From an uncultured Rhodospirillaceae bacterium (GTDB lineage: Bacteria; Pseudomonadota; Alphaproteobacteria; Micavibrionales; UBA2020): a stretch of 64,000 nucleotides of DNA. The notes beneath the pieces were generated by a model. The model had not been told where the DNA came from, did no database searches, and worked only from the letters and a program-made list of their open reading frames with translations. The position numbers and the translations under genes are program-made. The stretch covers positions 1,108 to 65,107 of the forward strand of contig CAYWIT010000008.1 of NCBI GenBank assembly GCA_964458415.1, read 5' to 3'. Positions 1-11,133 of this stretch are shown in pieces. How positions within the stretch are numbered: position 1 is the first letter of the stretch; every line of letters begins with the position of its first letter.

Positions 1-475
1 TGAGGGATGAAAAGGGGAAGACGGTGGTGAAGAGACCCTCAACCAGCGTTTTCGCGTAGAAAAAGGATGACATGATCCCCAGCCCGACGGCGGAGGTTTC
101 TGTTTCATCCTTCATCATCTCGCGATTTAATTTTGTCATGGCTCCCGCCTGGTGAAAAGGAGCCAGCAGGCTTCCACGATGGTAAACGCGGATATTCGCG
201 GCATGGAAATGATCTTTCAGGTTTTTTGCGTGGCCCTGCTGCCCCATATAGTCATTATAGTCGTCGCTATAGAGGTCAGGCGCATAGGGCAGAAGCATGG
301 AGAGCGAAACCGAGGAGAGGACAACGGCAACCCTTCTTTTCCACTTTTTGGGTTTGAGGGCCTTTTCCTTGACGGCCTTCTGAATGTTTTTGTCTTTATA
401 AATTTCGGGCGGAACATTTTTCCAGGCAGATCTTTTCCTGAAATAGTTTCTCAAACGTTCGGGAATGATCTTCAT
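1..475 (-). CDS. hypothetical protein, N-terminal fragment (gene continues past the left edge of the window)
   Basis: Own translation of the reverse strand from the ATG at complement(473..475) stays open for 158 codons to base 1 (MKIIPERLRNYFRKRSAWKNVPPEIYKDKNIQKAVKEKALKPKKWKRRVAVVLSSVSLSMLLPYAPDLYSDDYNDYMGQQGH...). It is absent from the ORF track only because it has no stop in the window. Basic N-terminus followed by one hydrophobic segment. No family recognised. Confidence 0.4.
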   Translation of the reverse strand, partial: MKIIPERLRNYFRKRSAWKNVPPEIYKDKNIQKAVKEKALKPKKWKRRVAVVLSSVSLSMLLPYAPDLYSDDYNDYMGQQGHAKNLKDHFHAANIRVYHRGSLLAPFHQAGAMTKLNREMMKDETETSAVGLGIMSSFFYAKTLVEGLFTTVFPFSSL

Positions 476-536
476 GTGTCGGTTTCCGGCCCTTGTTGTC
501 TTTATCGGTGTCTGGCCAGTCTACCCCCTGTAGGAA

Positions 537-1304
537 TTATGTCAACTTTAAAAGGATTGGCGTATGATCGGAAGCTTTATCGCGGCCACGCGGCTCCGCA
601 TCAATAAAACAATCTTCAAATTTATCAACGGCTTGCGATGATAGCAGGAAATGATCGATGCGGATACCGGCGTTGCGCTGCCAGCTCGCCGCCTGATAGT
701 CCCAGAAGGTATATTGCTCCGGCTGGTCATTTTTCAGGCGAAAGGCGTCACTCAGCCCCAGATGCAGCAAGGTGCGAAATTTGCGGCGGCTTTCCGGACG
801 AAACAGGGCGTCTTCGGCCCAAAGCTTCGGGTCATGGCAGTCGCGGTCCTCGGGGATGATGTTGAAATCTCCGCCCAGCACGACAGGCTTGCCTCGTTCC
901 AGCAGCGTTTGCGCATGGCTATAAAGCCGGTCCAGCCACGCCAGTTTATAGTCGAATTTTTCAGTGCCGACAGGATTGCCGTTGGGGGCATAGAGCGAGG
1001 CGATGTGAAAACCGCCGATGTTCGCTTCGATATAGCGGGCCTGTGCGTCGGTGTCGTCGCCAGGCAGCCCTTTGCCGATATGCGAGATTTGATGCCGGGA
1101 GAGAATGGCCACGCCGTTCCAGCTTTTTTGCCCATGCACGGCGGACTGATACCCCGCGGACTGAAACTCCATTTCCGGGAAGTTTTCATCCGTGCATTTC
1201 AGTTCCTGCAACAGCAAAACGTCAGGGCGCTGCTTCCCGAGCCAGTCCAGAACGTTCGGCAGGCGCGCCTTGACGGAATTGACGTTCCAGCTTGCAACCA
1301 GCAT
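537..1304 (-). CDS. xthA: exodeoxyribonuclease III (AP endonuclease)
   Basis: 255-aa ORF. N-terminus MLVASWNVNSVKARLPNVLDWL...PDVLLLQELK and C-terminal SDHTPI motif are typical of the ExoIII/EEP family. Confidence 0.9.
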   Translation of the reverse strand: MLVASWNVNSVKARLPNVLDWLGKQRPDVLLLQELKCTDENFPEMEFQSAGYQSAVHGQKSWNGVAILSRHQISHIGKGLPGDDTDAQARYIEANIGGFHIASLYAPNGNPVGTEKFDYKLAWLDRLYSHAQTLLERGKPVVLGGDFNIIPEDRDCHDPKLWAEDALFRPESRRKFRTLLHLGLSDAFRLKNDQPEQYTFWDYQAASWQRNAGIRIDHFLLSSQAVDKFEDCFIDAEPRGRDKASDHTPILLKLT

Positions 1305-1636
1305 TACATTTTGACAGCGAAGGAGTTTCCGCAGCCACAGGAAGCCGCTGCATTCGGGTTGCGGATCTTAAAGGAAGATTTCATCATGCCGCGCTCATAG
1401 TCCACTTCGGCTTGATCCAGCAGGGGCAGGGAGGACTGGTCGGTGACCACAATGGCGCCATTTTTTTCGAAAGTAATGTCATCCGCATTCAGGGTATCGT
1501 CTGTTTCCAGTGTATATTTGAACCCGGAGCAGCCGCCGCCCAGAATCGTGACGCGTAGCATGAGTTTGGGATTGTTCTCTTTTTCGCGAAGAGTCAGGAT
1601 CTGTTTTGCGGCACTTTCTGTAATTGTCATATTCAT
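1304..1636 (-). CDS. erpA: iron-sulfur cluster insertion protein (HesB/IscA/ErpA family)
   Basis: ITESAAKQI...LRVTILGGGCSGFKY...CGCGNSFAV signature. Start moved to the internal ATG (MNMTITES), which is preceded by AAAGGAG. The longer track ORF (to 1762) would overlap the divergent dgt gene. Confidence 0.8.
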   Translation of the reverse strand: MNMTITESAAKQILTLREKENNPKLMLRVTILGGGCSGFKYTLETDDTLNADDITFEKNGAIVVTDQSSLPLLDQAEVDYERGMMKSSFKIRNPNAAASCGCGNSFAVKM

Positions 1637-1722
1637 AACGAGGCTCCTTTGCGTTTTGTGCTTTAAATCTTCGGCATAATATGGTTTAAAAGCCTTATAA
1701 ATCAACATAATTCTGAGAGTGG

Positions 1723-2970
1723 GTGATGCCCGTGGCCGCAAAAGCGAAGAAACTGATAACACAGGGTAATTCAGGGGTAGCGGATGGCCTTGCCGTCTAT
1801 GCCTCCCGTCCGGCCGAAAGCCGGGGGCGCCTCTATGCGGAACCGCCTAGCAAGACACGGGGCGATTTTGAACGTGATCGTGATCGCATCATACACTCGC
1901 AGGCTTTCCGGCGGCTGAAATTCAAGACACAGGTTTTCGTATACCACGAGGGCGATCATTACCGTAGTCGTCTGTCGCATAGCATCGAAGTGGCGCAGGT
2001 CGCACGCTCGCTGTCGCGTCTGCTGAAGATTGACGAGGATCTGGCCGAGACTTGTGCTCTGGCGCATGATCTGGGCCACACGCCGTTCGCGCATGTGGGC
2101 GAGGATGCGCTCAAGGAATGCATGGAGCCTTATGGCGGGTTTGATCACAACGATCAGACATTGCGTGTGGTGACAAGGCTGGAAAAAAAGTATCCGGGGT
2201 TCGATGGCCTGAATCTGACGTGGGAATCTCTGGAGGGGCTGATCAAGCATAACGGCCCCGTCGTTAAAAAAGGACAGAAGAAGCCAAAGCTGGAAATCAC
2301 GCTGGGGGAAATCAGCAAGGTCTGGGATCTCAAGCTGAATACTTATGCGTCTCTGGAAGCGCAGGCTGCGGGTATCGCCGATGATATCGCCTATAACAGC
2401 CATGATCTCGATGATGGGCTCGCCGCCAGATTGTTTACACTTAAAGACCTCGAACAGATCACGTGGGTCGATAAAATCATGCATGCCAAACGCAAGCAGT
2501 ATGCCGGAATTGACGGTTACCGGCTGGAGCAGGAAACCGTGCGCGATGTCATGGGGACCTATGTGATCGATGTGCTGGCGGAAACACGCCGCCGGTTGCA
2601 GGAGCTGGCGCCGACCTGCGCGGATGATATTCGTGCCGCGCGCAGCATGACGGTCAGCATGTCTGACGAGATGAAGAAAAATGACCGTGTCCTGCGTGAT
2701 TTCCTCTGGGCGAATTTCTATCGCCATCATCAGGTCAGCCGCGTGCGTCGCAAGGTTTTCAAGTGTGTGCAGGATTTGTTCGAGGTTTTCATGGAAAACC
2801 GCCGCTGCCTGCCGCCGGAATGGATGATGCAGGCGGAAACCTGCCCCAAGGGATGGGATCCGAAAATCTGGCGGGCGCGGACGATTGCGGATTACATCGC
2901 CAGCATGACGGACCGTTTGGCATTGCTGGAACATCGGGATCTTTTTGATGCCAATCAGGTGCTGAGATGA
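1723..2970 (+). CDS. dgt: dGTP triphosphohydrolase-like HD-domain protein
   Basis: 415 aa. FERDRDRIIHSQAFRRLKFKTQVF, HYRSRLSHSIEVAQVARS and HDLGHTPFAH motifs of the dGTPase family. Stop overlaps the argS start (ATGA). Confidence 0.85.
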   Translation: MMPVAAKAKKLITQGNSGVADGLAVYASRPAESRGRLYAEPPSKTRGDFERDRDRIIHSQAFRRLKFKTQVFVYHEGDHYRSRLSHSIEVAQVARSLSRLLKIDEDLAETCALAHDLGHTPFAHVGEDALKECMEPYGGFDHNDQTLRVVTRLEKKYPGFDGLNLTWESLEGLIKHNGPVVKKGQKKPKLEITLGEISKVWDLKLNTYASLEAQAAGIADDIAYNSHDLDDGLAARLFTLKDLEQITWVDKIMHAKRKQYAGIDGYRLEQETVRDVMGTYVIDVLAETRRRLQELAPTCADDIRAARSMTVSMSDEMKKNDRVLRDFLWANFYRHHQVSRVRRKVFKCVQDLFEVFMENRRCLPPEWMMQAETCPKGWDPKIWRARTIADYIASMTDRLALLEHRDLFDANQVLR

Positions 2971-4724
2971 ACGTTTTTCAGATCTACAAAGACAAGATAA
3001 GGGCCATCCTGAATGACATGATGTCAGCCGGGGAGTTGCCGCAGGGGCTGGATCTGTCGCGCCTGACTGCCGAGCCGCCCAAGGATCCCGCGCATGGCGA
3101 TATATCCACGAATGCGGCAATGGTTTTGGCCAAGGCCGCGGGCAAAAATCCGCGCGAGCTGGGGCAGGAGATCTCTGAAAAAATCAAGGCGCTTTCTACG
3201 GTGCAGGAGTCCGCTGTTGCGGGGCCGGGCTTTATCAATTTTCGTTTGAAACCTGCGGAATGGCAGGAGGTGCTCCGGATTATCCTTGGTCGCGGCATTG
3301 CCTTCGGCGACAGCAAAATGGGCGGTGGTGAAAAAGTAAACATCGAGTATGTTTCTGTGAACCCGACGGGGCCAATGCATGCAGGTCATGTGCGCGGCGC
3401 GGTGATCGGGGATACGCTGGCAAACCTTTTGCAAAAAGCCGGGTATGACGTCACCCGCGAATATTATTTCAACGATGCGGGAACGCAAGTGGACGTGTTG
3501 GCGCGTTCAACCTATTTGCGGTATCGCGAAGCTCTGGGCGAAGCAATCGGCGAAGTGCCGGAGGGGCTTTATCCCGGTGAATATCTGAAAGACGTCGGGC
3601 AGGGGCTGGCCGCACGTGATGGAAACAAATGGCTGGGCAAGGAGGAATTCGAATGGCTTGTGCCGGTACGCACCTTTGCCGTGGCCTATATGATCGATGT
3701 GATCCGCAAAGACCTTCAATTGATCGGCATTCAGCACGAAGTCTTCACGAACGAGCGCGAGATCGTCGAGAATGGCACGCTTGAGGACGTTTTTAAAAAG
3801 TTGCAGGACATGGACCTGATCTATCAGGGCACCCTGCCTCCGCCGAAGGGCAAGGAAATGGAAGATTGGGAGCCCGCCGAACTGACTCTGTTCCGTTCGT
3901 CAAAATTCGGCGATTCATCTGATCGTCCGCTGAAAAAGCGGGACGGGACCTGGGCCTATATCATGCCGGACATTGCCTATCATTACGATAAAATGCGGCG
4001 CGGTTATAAATGGATGATTGACGTCTTGGGCAAGGATCATGGCAATTATCTGGACAAAATGCGTCCGGCGGTTGCGGCGCTCGGTGGCGGCGCGGCGAAG
4101 GTGGATGTTATTTTCTGCGCAATGGTCAAGATGCTGCGCAATGGCGAACCGGTCAAGCTGTCGAAGCGCTCCGGTAATCTGATCACGCTGCGCGAGGTGG
4201 TGGAGGAAGTCGGTGCGGGCGCGGTGCGCTTTCTGATGATGTGGCGCACGCCGGATTCCGATCTCGAATTCGACTTTGCCAAAGTCGTCGAACAGACCAA
4301 AGACAATCCCGTGTTCTATGTTCAATATGCCCATGCACGGTGTTATTCGGTGATGCGTAACGCGAAAGAAATGTGGCCCGGGATTGATGTGTCGCCGGAG
4401 GCCTTGGCCAAGGCGAATATGTCGCGACTGGCATCGGAAGATGAATTGTCCATTGTGCGTATCATGGCGAATTGGCCACGTTTCGTTGAAGCGGCGGCAG
4501 AAGCGCATGAGCCGCATCGTATTACTTTTTACCTCTATGACCTTGCTTCGGCATTTCATGGATATTGGAACAAGGGCAAAGATGACACCACGCTGCGCTT
4601 TTTGCATGAGGATGATAAAGAATTAAGTCTGGCGCGTCTGGCGCTGGTAAAATCCGTGGCCACTGTTATTGCATCGGGGCTTGCCGTCATGGGCGTGACT
4701 CCGGTGGAGGAGATGCGTTCATGA
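2967..4724 (+). CDS. argS: arginine--tRNA ligase
   Basis: 585 aa. Class I synthetase HIGH-like motif (PTGPMHAGHVRG) and characteristic ArgRS C-terminus (...VMGVTPVEEM). Confidence 0.95.
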   Translation: MNVFQIYKDKIRAILNDMMSAGELPQGLDLSRLTAEPPKDPAHGDISTNAAMVLAKAAGKNPRELGQEISEKIKALSTVQESAVAGPGFINFRLKPAEWQEVLRIILGRGIAFGDSKMGGGEKVNIEYVSVNPTGPMHAGHVRGAVIGDTLANLLQKAGYDVTREYYFNDAGTQVDVLARSTYLRYREALGEAIGEVPEGLYPGEYLKDVGQGLAARDGNKWLGKEEFEWLVPVRTFAVAYMIDVIRKDLQLIGIQHEVFTNEREIVENGTLEDVFKKLQDMDLIYQGTLPPPKGKEMEDWEPAELTLFRSSKFGDSSDRPLKKRDGTWAYIMPDIAYHYDKMRRGYKWMIDVLGKDHGNYLDKMRPAVAALGGGAAKVDVIFCAMVKMLRNGEPVKLSKRSGNLITLREVVEEVGAGAVRFLMMWRTPDSDLEFDFAKVVEQTKDNPVFYVQYAHARCYSVMRNAKEMWPGIDVSPEALAKANMSRLASEDELSIVRIMANWPRFVEAAAEAHEPHRITFYLYDLASAFHGYWNKGKDDTTLRFLHEDDKELSLARLALVKSVATVIASGLAVMGVTPVEEMRS

Positions 4725-5527
4725 GCATAGACGGCAGGAAAAAGCAGGAAGACGAAAATCTCGGCTCCTTTTATATGGGGCGCATGCGCCCCACGCAACC
4801 GCAGCAGCAGAGGGTTCTGCCACGGGGCCTGCTGACGATCGTTACAGTGCTCGCTTTTGCAGGCATCCTCTGGTACGCCTATCCGCAAGGACAGGAAAAG
4901 TACACGGATATGGACATCCCGACGGTTGCAGCGGGTAAGGATATCTACAAATTCAAGCCCGATGATCCGGGCGGTATGAAAATACCGCATCAGGACAGCA
5001 CGATTTTTGATCCTTTGGAGAAAAGGGCGGCGACAGTGGAGAAGCTTTTACCTCCTGTCGAGCAGCCTGTGGACAAGGACGAGGCGCTGCAGGCGGGGGT
5101 GGCGCTGGAGAGCGCTGTGCCGAAACTGAATCTGGATTTGCAGATGAAGGAAGTCGCCACGGGCACGGAGAAAATCGTGTCGACGAAGGAACCGGTCAAG
5201 ACCGTGCCGGTACCGTCGGCGAAACCGGTAAGCAAGCCCGTTGTGCAGCAGGCCCCGGCAGTAAAACCGGTAGCTGCCAAGGGCAATCTTTACATTCAGC
5301 TGGGCTCGTATCGCAGTGTGACGGATGCCAAAGGGGACTGGGCCATGCTGCAGAAAAAATATGCCGGCTTTCTTTCCGGCCTCTCCATGCGGACGCAACG
5401 GGTTGATCTCGGCGCCAAAGGAGTCTGGTATCGTCTGCAGGCGGGGACGGTCAGTGAGGCGCGCGCTGCGGAAATCTGTGCCGATTTAAAGAAATCAAAC
5501 CCAGGCGGATGTTTTATTGCAAAGTAA
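4721..5527 (+). CDS. SPOR domain-containing membrane protein
   Basis: 268 aa. One N-terminal TM segment, a Pro/Val/Lys-rich linker, and a C-terminal SPOR-like domain (YIQLGSYRSVTDAKGDWAMLQKK...VWYRLQAGTVSEARAAEICADLK). Start overlaps the argS stop. Confidence 0.75.
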   Translation: MSIDGRKKQEDENLGSFYMGRMRPTQPQQQRVLPRGLLTIVTVLAFAGILWYAYPQGQEKYTDMDIPTVAAGKDIYKFKPDDPGGMKIPHQDSTIFDPLEKRAATVEKLLPPVEQPVDKDEALQAGVALESAVPKLNLDLQMKEVATGTEKIVSTKEPVKTVPVPSAKPVSKPVVQQAPAVKPVAAKGNLYIQLGSYRSVTDAKGDWAMLQKKYAGFLSGLSMRTQRVDLGAKGVWYRLQAGTVSEARAAEICADLKKSNPGGCFIAK

Positions 5528-5539
5528 GGAATTATCGTC

Positions 5540-6616
5540 ATGACTCAAAAACCAGAATGGACTGACCTGAAGGCGATTATTGTCGATGCGGAGGGAACCT
5601 CCCTGACGGCGGCGGAAAAGGAGCTGTTCAGCCGCGAAAAACCGGCCGGATTTATCCTCTTCAAGCGTAACTGCGTTTCGCGGGAGCAGGTGAAAGCGCT
5701 GGTAGCCGAAATGCGCGCTTGTGTCGGGCGGGATGATATTCCGGTTCTGATTGATCAGGAGGGGGGCAGCGTGGCGCGTCTGCGCGAACCGGCGTTTCGC
5801 GAGTACCCATCGGCGAAGGAACTGGCGGCGCTGGCGCAGGAAGATGGACGCGACGAGGCTTTCGATGCCATACGAATGAATTCCTATCTTATGGCGCTGG
5901 ATCTGGCAGAGATGGGCATTACCGTTAACTGTGCGCCGGTGGTGGATGTCCCGACACCGGAATGTCACGCCTTTTTATCGGGCAGCCGTACCTATGGCAA
6001 CGATGCGGATGACATTGGCTTTTTTGGGGAAGCTGTTTGCCGCGGACTTTTGAACGGGGCGGTTTCGCCGGTGATCAAGCATATTCCGGGACACGGGCGG
6101 GCCAAGGTTGACAGCCATCTTTCATTGCCGGAGGTGGATGCCAGCCTTCCGGATCTGTTAAAAACGGACTTTAAGCCATTCAAATACTTGTCACAATCAG
6201 ATATGAAAACGGCGCTTTGGGCCATGGCGGCGCATGTTGTATACTCGGAGCTGGATCCTGATTCTACGGCGACTGTGTCCAAAATCGTGACGGATGAGAT
6301 TATCCGCAAGGAGATTGGATTTCAGGGGGTGCTGATTGCGGACGACATTTCCATGAAGGCCCTGGGCGGCACGGTGGAAGAACGTGTCGTGAAAACGCTG
6401 GCCGCGGGGATGGATCTGACGATGTTGTGCAATGGGTCGTTTGACGAGCGGCAACGTGCTCTGGCGGTAACGCCGAAGGTGACACCGGAAGCGGCGCATC
6501 GTTTGGAAGCGGCGGAACGGCAGAGAACGGCCTTGCTGAAAACGGCTGCTCAAAATCCGCAGGATAAAGCGCAGAGAAAACTTGCCAGTCTGATACAAAA
6601 ACAACGGAAGCCATGA
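5540..6616 (+). CDS. nagZ: beta-N-acetylhexosaminidase (GH3, NagZ-like)
   Basis: 358 aa. GH3 motifs (IDQEGGSVARL, KHIPGHGRAKVDSHLSLP, ISDDISMKAL-like). Conserved position after the SPOR gene. Confidence 0.85.
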   Translation: MTQKPEWTDLKAIIVDAEGTSLTAAEKELFSREKPAGFILFKRNCVSREQVKALVAEMRACVGRDDIPVLIDQEGGSVARLREPAFREYPSAKELAALAQEDGRDEAFDAIRMNSYLMALDLAEMGITVNCAPVVDVPTPECHAFLSGSRTYGNDADDIGFFGEAVCRGLLNGAVSPVIKHIPGHGRAKVDSHLSLPEVDASLPDLLKTDFKPFKYLSQSDMKTALWAMAAHVVYSELDPDSTATVSKIVTDEIIRKEIGFQGVLIADDISMKALGGTVEERVVKTLAAGMDLTMLCNGSFDERQRALAVTPKVTPEAAHRLEAAERQRTALLKTAAQNPQDKAQRKLASLIQKQRKP

Positions 6617-7473
6617 GTGCAATGAGCGAAGCTGAAGAGCCAAAATTTGAAGAAGACCTGATGCAGCAAGGTGCCGAGGGTGAAAAGCTGTTGCTTTATC
6701 TCGGGGACTTTGATGGTCCTATCGACATGCTGCTTTCACTGGCGCGTGACCAGAAGGTCGATCTGACCAAAATTTCCATTCTGGCGCTGGCGAACCAATA
6801 TCTGGAATACATCGAAAAGGCCCGTGAGCTGCGGCTGGAACTGGCAGCAGATTATCTGGTGATGGCGTCATGGCTGGCCTATTTGAAATCACGCCTGCTT
6901 GTTCCGCAGGATGAAAAGAAACAGGAAGAGCCCTCTGCCCAGGAGATGGCGGATGCCTTGCAATTCCAGTTATTGCGGCTGGAAGCGATGCGGAAAGTGG
7001 CGGACGAGCTCTTTCATCTGCCGCGTCTGGGCTTTAATGTTTTCGGTCGTGGCGATCCGGAAGGTCTGGCGGTCTCCTATAAAGCCAGATACGAGATGAC
7101 GTTCTATGACTTGCTCAAGTCCTATGGCGATATCAAGCAGCGGCAAAAAAATTCGGTTTACAAGCTCAATCCGGTAAAGCTGTTTTCTCTGGAGGATGCA
7201 ATTGGGCGTCTGGAAACCATGCTGGGAAAAATTCCGAAGGATTGGGTCTCGCTCTTTATGTTCCTGCCCGCCGGTATGACGGAGAAAATCGTCAAGCGTT
7301 CCGCAGTGGCTTCGACATTTGGAGGCGCTCTTGAAATGGCCAAGCGCGGCTTGATCCAGATTCAGCAGGAAAAAAATTACGCGCCGATCTATATCCGTCG
7401 TCCGGCAGAGAGCCGTGCCGAGGATGGCGAGGGCGGCAAAACAGCGGGTAACCCGCAGATAGACGAGGGATGA
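6613..7473 (+). CDS. scpA: segregation and condensation protein A
   Basis: 286 aa. GPIDMLLSLARDQKVDLTKISILALANQYLEY is typical of ScpA. Directly upstream of scpB. Confidence 0.85.
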   Translation: MSAMSEAEEPKFEEDLMQQGAEGEKLLLYLGDFDGPIDMLLSLARDQKVDLTKISILALANQYLEYIEKARELRLELAADYLVMASWLAYLKSRLLVPQDEKKQEEPSAQEMADALQFQLLRLEAMRKVADELFHLPRLGFNVFGRGDPEGLAVSYKARYEMTFYDLLKSYGDIKQRQKNSVYKLNPVKLFSLEDAIGRLETMLGKIPKDWVSLFMFLPAGMTEKIVKRSAVASTFGGALEMAKRGLIQIQQEKNYAPIYIRRPAESRAEDGEGGKTAGNPQIDEG

Positions 7474-7477
7474 AACC

Positions 7478-8482
<1,005 letters not shown>

Positions 8483-8485
8483 TTT

Positions 8486-8698
8486 ATGGGATTGAGCTTT
8501 GGGCACATTCTGATCGTTCTGATTATCATTCTGGTCCTTTTTGGGGCTGGAAAGCTTCCTCGTGTTATGGGCGATCTGGGCAAGGGGTTGCGTAATTTTA
8601 AGGATGGGCTGAAAGGCGCCTTGCCGGAAGATGATAAATCTGACGACAAGGGCTCGGATCAGCAAAAACTCCCGCCATCCGATAAAAAAGGCGAATAG
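8486..8698 (+). CDS. tatA: twin-arginine translocase subunit TatA
   Basis: 70 aa. [39 protein letters not shown] is a canonical TatA/E N-terminus. Confidence 0.85.
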   Translation: MGLSFGHILIVLIIILVLFGAGKLPRVMGDLGKGLRNFKDGLKGALPEDDKSDDKGSDQQKLPPSDKKGE

Positions 8699-8700
8699 AC

Positions 8701-9015
8701 TTGTTTGACATCGGCTGGTCTGAAATGCTGGTCATTCTGGCCGTTGCGCTTGTCGTGATCGGGCCGCGTGACTTGCCGAAGGTGCTTTATACGGTCGGAA
8801 AATTTATCAGAAAAATCAAGATGTTTACGGGCGATATTCAGAAATCGCTTGATAAGATTATTCATGAAGAAGAGCTGGATGAAATTGTCCGGGAAGCAAA
8901 TAAGCCTGGCGGGCCTCATTTGCAGTTTGAAATTGAAAAGCAGCTCGCGGTGGAAAAGCCGGCAGGTGCCAATAAACCTGAAAATCAAAAAAGCACTGCA
9001 AATGATTCAAAGTAA
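8701..9015 (+). CDS. tatB: twin-arginine translocase subunit TatB (TTG start)
   Basis: 104 aa. MFDIGWSEMLVILAVALVVIGPRDLPK is a canonical TatB N-terminus. The start codon is TTG at 8701. Confidence 0.8.
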   Translation: MFDIGWSEMLVILAVALVVIGPRDLPKVLYTVGKFIRKIKMFTGDIQKSLDKIIHEEELDEIVREANKPGGPHLQFEIEKQLAVEKPAGANKPENQKSTANDSK

Positions 9016-9760
9016 ACAAGAAATGCATCTAATGGACCATCTGCTCGAATTGCGGCGACGGGTCATGATCAGCCTTGCGGTTTTTGTGGGGGCAAGCTGC
9101 GGCGCCTATTTTTTTGCGGCGGATATTTACGCCTTTCTGGTCAGGCCGCTATCGGAAATTCTTGCGGGCGAGAACCGGCGCCTGATTTATACGGGGCTGA
9201 CCGAGGCTTTTGTGACTTATCTCAAGCTGGCCTGTTTCGCCGGAGGGTTTATCGCATTTCCGCTGGTGGCGGCGCAGGTGTGGAAATTTGTGGCACCCGG
9301 CCTTTATAAAGCGGAGCGGCGGGCCTTTTTGCCCTTTCTGGTGGCAACGCCGGTGCTCTTTGTGGCGGGGGCGGCTTTTGTTTATTATCTGGTGATCCCG
9401 GTGGCGTGGCGTTTTTTTGTCGGCTTTGAAAACCCCGGCATTTCAGGGACTTTGCCAATTCAGCTCGAAGCGCGGGTGAGCGAGTATCTTGGGCTCGTTA
9501 TGGGGCTGATGTTCGCTTTCGGGTTCTGTTTTCAAATGCCGGTCTTGCTGACGCTGCTGGGGCGGGCGGGGCTTGTCACCGCTCGCGGGCTGGTGGAAAA
9601 GCGGCGCTATATGATCGTGGCTATTTTTACTGTGGCGGCTGTATTGACCCCTCCCGATATTCTGAGCCAGTTTCTGCTGGCTGTGCCGCTGCTGCTTCTT
9701 TACGAGGTTTCAATCTGTCTGGTGCGCCTGTCGGAGCGTTCGCGTGAACAGAGCCCCTAG
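9002..9760 (+). CDS. tatC: twin-arginine translocase subunit TatC
   Basis: The track ORF 8768..9760 is in frame, but its first ~78 codons overlap tatB. I place the start at the ATG at 9002 (MIQSKQEMHLMDHLLELRRR..., a TatC-like N-terminus). Six predicted TM segments. An alternative start at 9023 is possible. Confidence 0.8.
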   Translation: MIQSKQEMHLMDHLLELRRRVMISLAVFVGASCGAYFFAADIYAFLVRPLSEILAGENRRLIYTGLTEAFVTYLKLACFAGGFIAFPLVAAQVWKFVAPGLYKAERRAFLPFLVATPVLFVAGAAFVYYLVIPVAWRFFVGFENPGISGTLPIQLEARVSEYLGLVMGLMFAFGFCFQMPVLLTLLGRAGLVTARGLVEKRRYMIVAIFTVAAVLTPPDILSQFLLAVPLLLLYEVSICLVRLSERSREQSP

Positions 9761-9831
9761 ACCAATCTTCTGAAACGCGCTAGAATCCAGAAGAAATTGG
9801 GGCAGGGGATTTCCCCGGAAAAGAGCAAGAG

Positions 9832-11133
9832 ATGTTGGACTTAAGGCAAATTCGGGAAACTCCCGAGATTTTTGATTCTGGCTGGAAGCGGCGCGGCATG
9901 GAGCCGCAGACGCCGAGGATTATCGCACTGGATGAAAAATGCCGTGCCGTGATGACGGAAGTGCAGGAGCTGCAAGCCAAACGCAACGAGGCGTCAAAGC
10001 AGATCGGCGCGATTAAATCCAAAGGCGGCGACGCCAGCGCCGTCATGCAGGATGTCGCCAGATATAAAGAGCGTATCACAAAACTGGAAGAGGAAGAAAA
10101 AGCCCTTTCCGGGGAACTGAACGACATTCTCAGCCGTCTGCCGAATATTCCCGATGTCACGGTGCCCGACGGCGTGGATGAAAAAGACAATCGCGAGGAA
10201 CGCAAAATCGGCGAACCGAAGCGCCTGAACAATCCGCGCGACCATGTGGCGCTCGGCGAAGGTCTGGGCATGATGGATTTTGAAGCGGCGGCGAAAATGT
10301 CGGGCGCGCGCTTTGTCTTGCTACGCTCCGGTCTGGCGCGGCTGGAACGCGCACTGGCGCAGTTTATGCTGGATACCCACACGGGGGAACACGGCTATAC
10401 CGAGGTATCGGCGCCGCTGCTGGTGCGGTCCGAGGCGCTTTATGGCACAGGCCAACTGCCCAAATTCGAAGAGGACATGTTCAAGACGACCACGGGACAC
10501 TATCTGGTCTCGACATCGGAGATTTCTCTGACCAATACGGTGCTGGACAGCATTGTCGATCTGTCCGATTTGCCGCTGCGCCTGACCTCGCTTACGCCGT
10601 GCTTCCGTTCCGAAGCAGGAGCAGCGGGCAAGGATACCCGTGGCATGATCCGCCAGCACCAGTTTTACAAGGTGGAAATGGTCAGTATTACGGCGGAGGA
10701 CCAGTCTGTCGCGGAGCACGAGCGCATGACGAATTGTGCCGAGAACATCCTGAAAAAGCTGGATCTGCCTTATCGGGTTATCACGCTTTGTACGGGCGAT
10801 ATGGGGTTTTCCGCGCGCAAGACGTATGATCTGGAGGTCTGGCTGCCGGGGCAGAATACCTATCGCGAGATTTCCAGCTGCTCCAATTGCGGGGATTTTC
10901 AGGCGCGGCGCATGATGGCGCGCTATAAAAAAGAGGGCGACAAGGCAACGAAGTATGTCCATACGCTCAACGGCTCCGGTGTGGCGGTGGGACGTTGTTT
11001 GATTGCCGTTCTGGAGAATTATCAGCAGCCGGATGGCAGCGTGATTGTTCCTGATGTGTTGAAGCCTTATATGGGCGGTCTCGGGAAGCTGGAGGCTGTC
11101 ACCGGACAGAAAGGCAGGGTGGCTAATGCTTAA
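9832..11133 (+). CDS. serS: serine--tRNA ligase
   Basis: 433 aa. N-terminal coiled-coil arm (MLDLRQIRE...) and class II motifs (FRSEAG..., [19 protein letters not shown]). Confidence 0.95.
   Translation: MLDLRQIRETPEIFDSGWKRRGMEPQTPRIIALDEKCRAVMTEVQELQAKRNEASKQIGAIKSKGGDASAVMQDVARYKERITKLEEEEKALSGELNDILSRLPNIPDVTVPDGVDEKDNREERKIGEPKRLNNPRDHVALGEGLGMMDFEAAAKMSGARFVLLRSGLARLERALAQFMLDTHTGEHGYTEVSAPLLVRSEALYGTGQLPKFEEDMFKTTTGHYLVSTSEISLTNTVLDSIVDLSDLPLRLTSLTPCFRSEAGAAGKDTRGMIRQHQFYKVEMVSITAEDQSVAEHERMTNCAENILKKLDLPYRVITLCTGDMGFSARKTYDLEVWLPGQNTYREISSCSNCGDFQARRMMARYKKEGDKATKYVHTLNGSGVAVGRCLIAVLENYQQPDGSVIVPDVLKPYMGGLGKLEAVTGQKGRVANA

Noticed and set aside
152-607. 151-aa plus-strand ORF at the left end.
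   Set aside because: It overlaps both the xthA 3' end and a longer open minus-strand frame (1..475) that has a more protein-like sequence. It has no SD sequence or motifs.
1771-3120. Long antisense 'shadow' ORFs opposite well-supported genes. Examples: 1771..3120, 10321..11298, 25834..27015, 29076..30056, 39648..41177, 43595..44767, 49150..49929 and 62467..63588.
   Set aside because: Each lies fully inside a gene whose product has clear conserved motifs on the other strand. Their translations are Arg/His/Gln-rich with no recognisable motifs, which is typical of stop-poor antisense frames in moderately GC-rich DNA.
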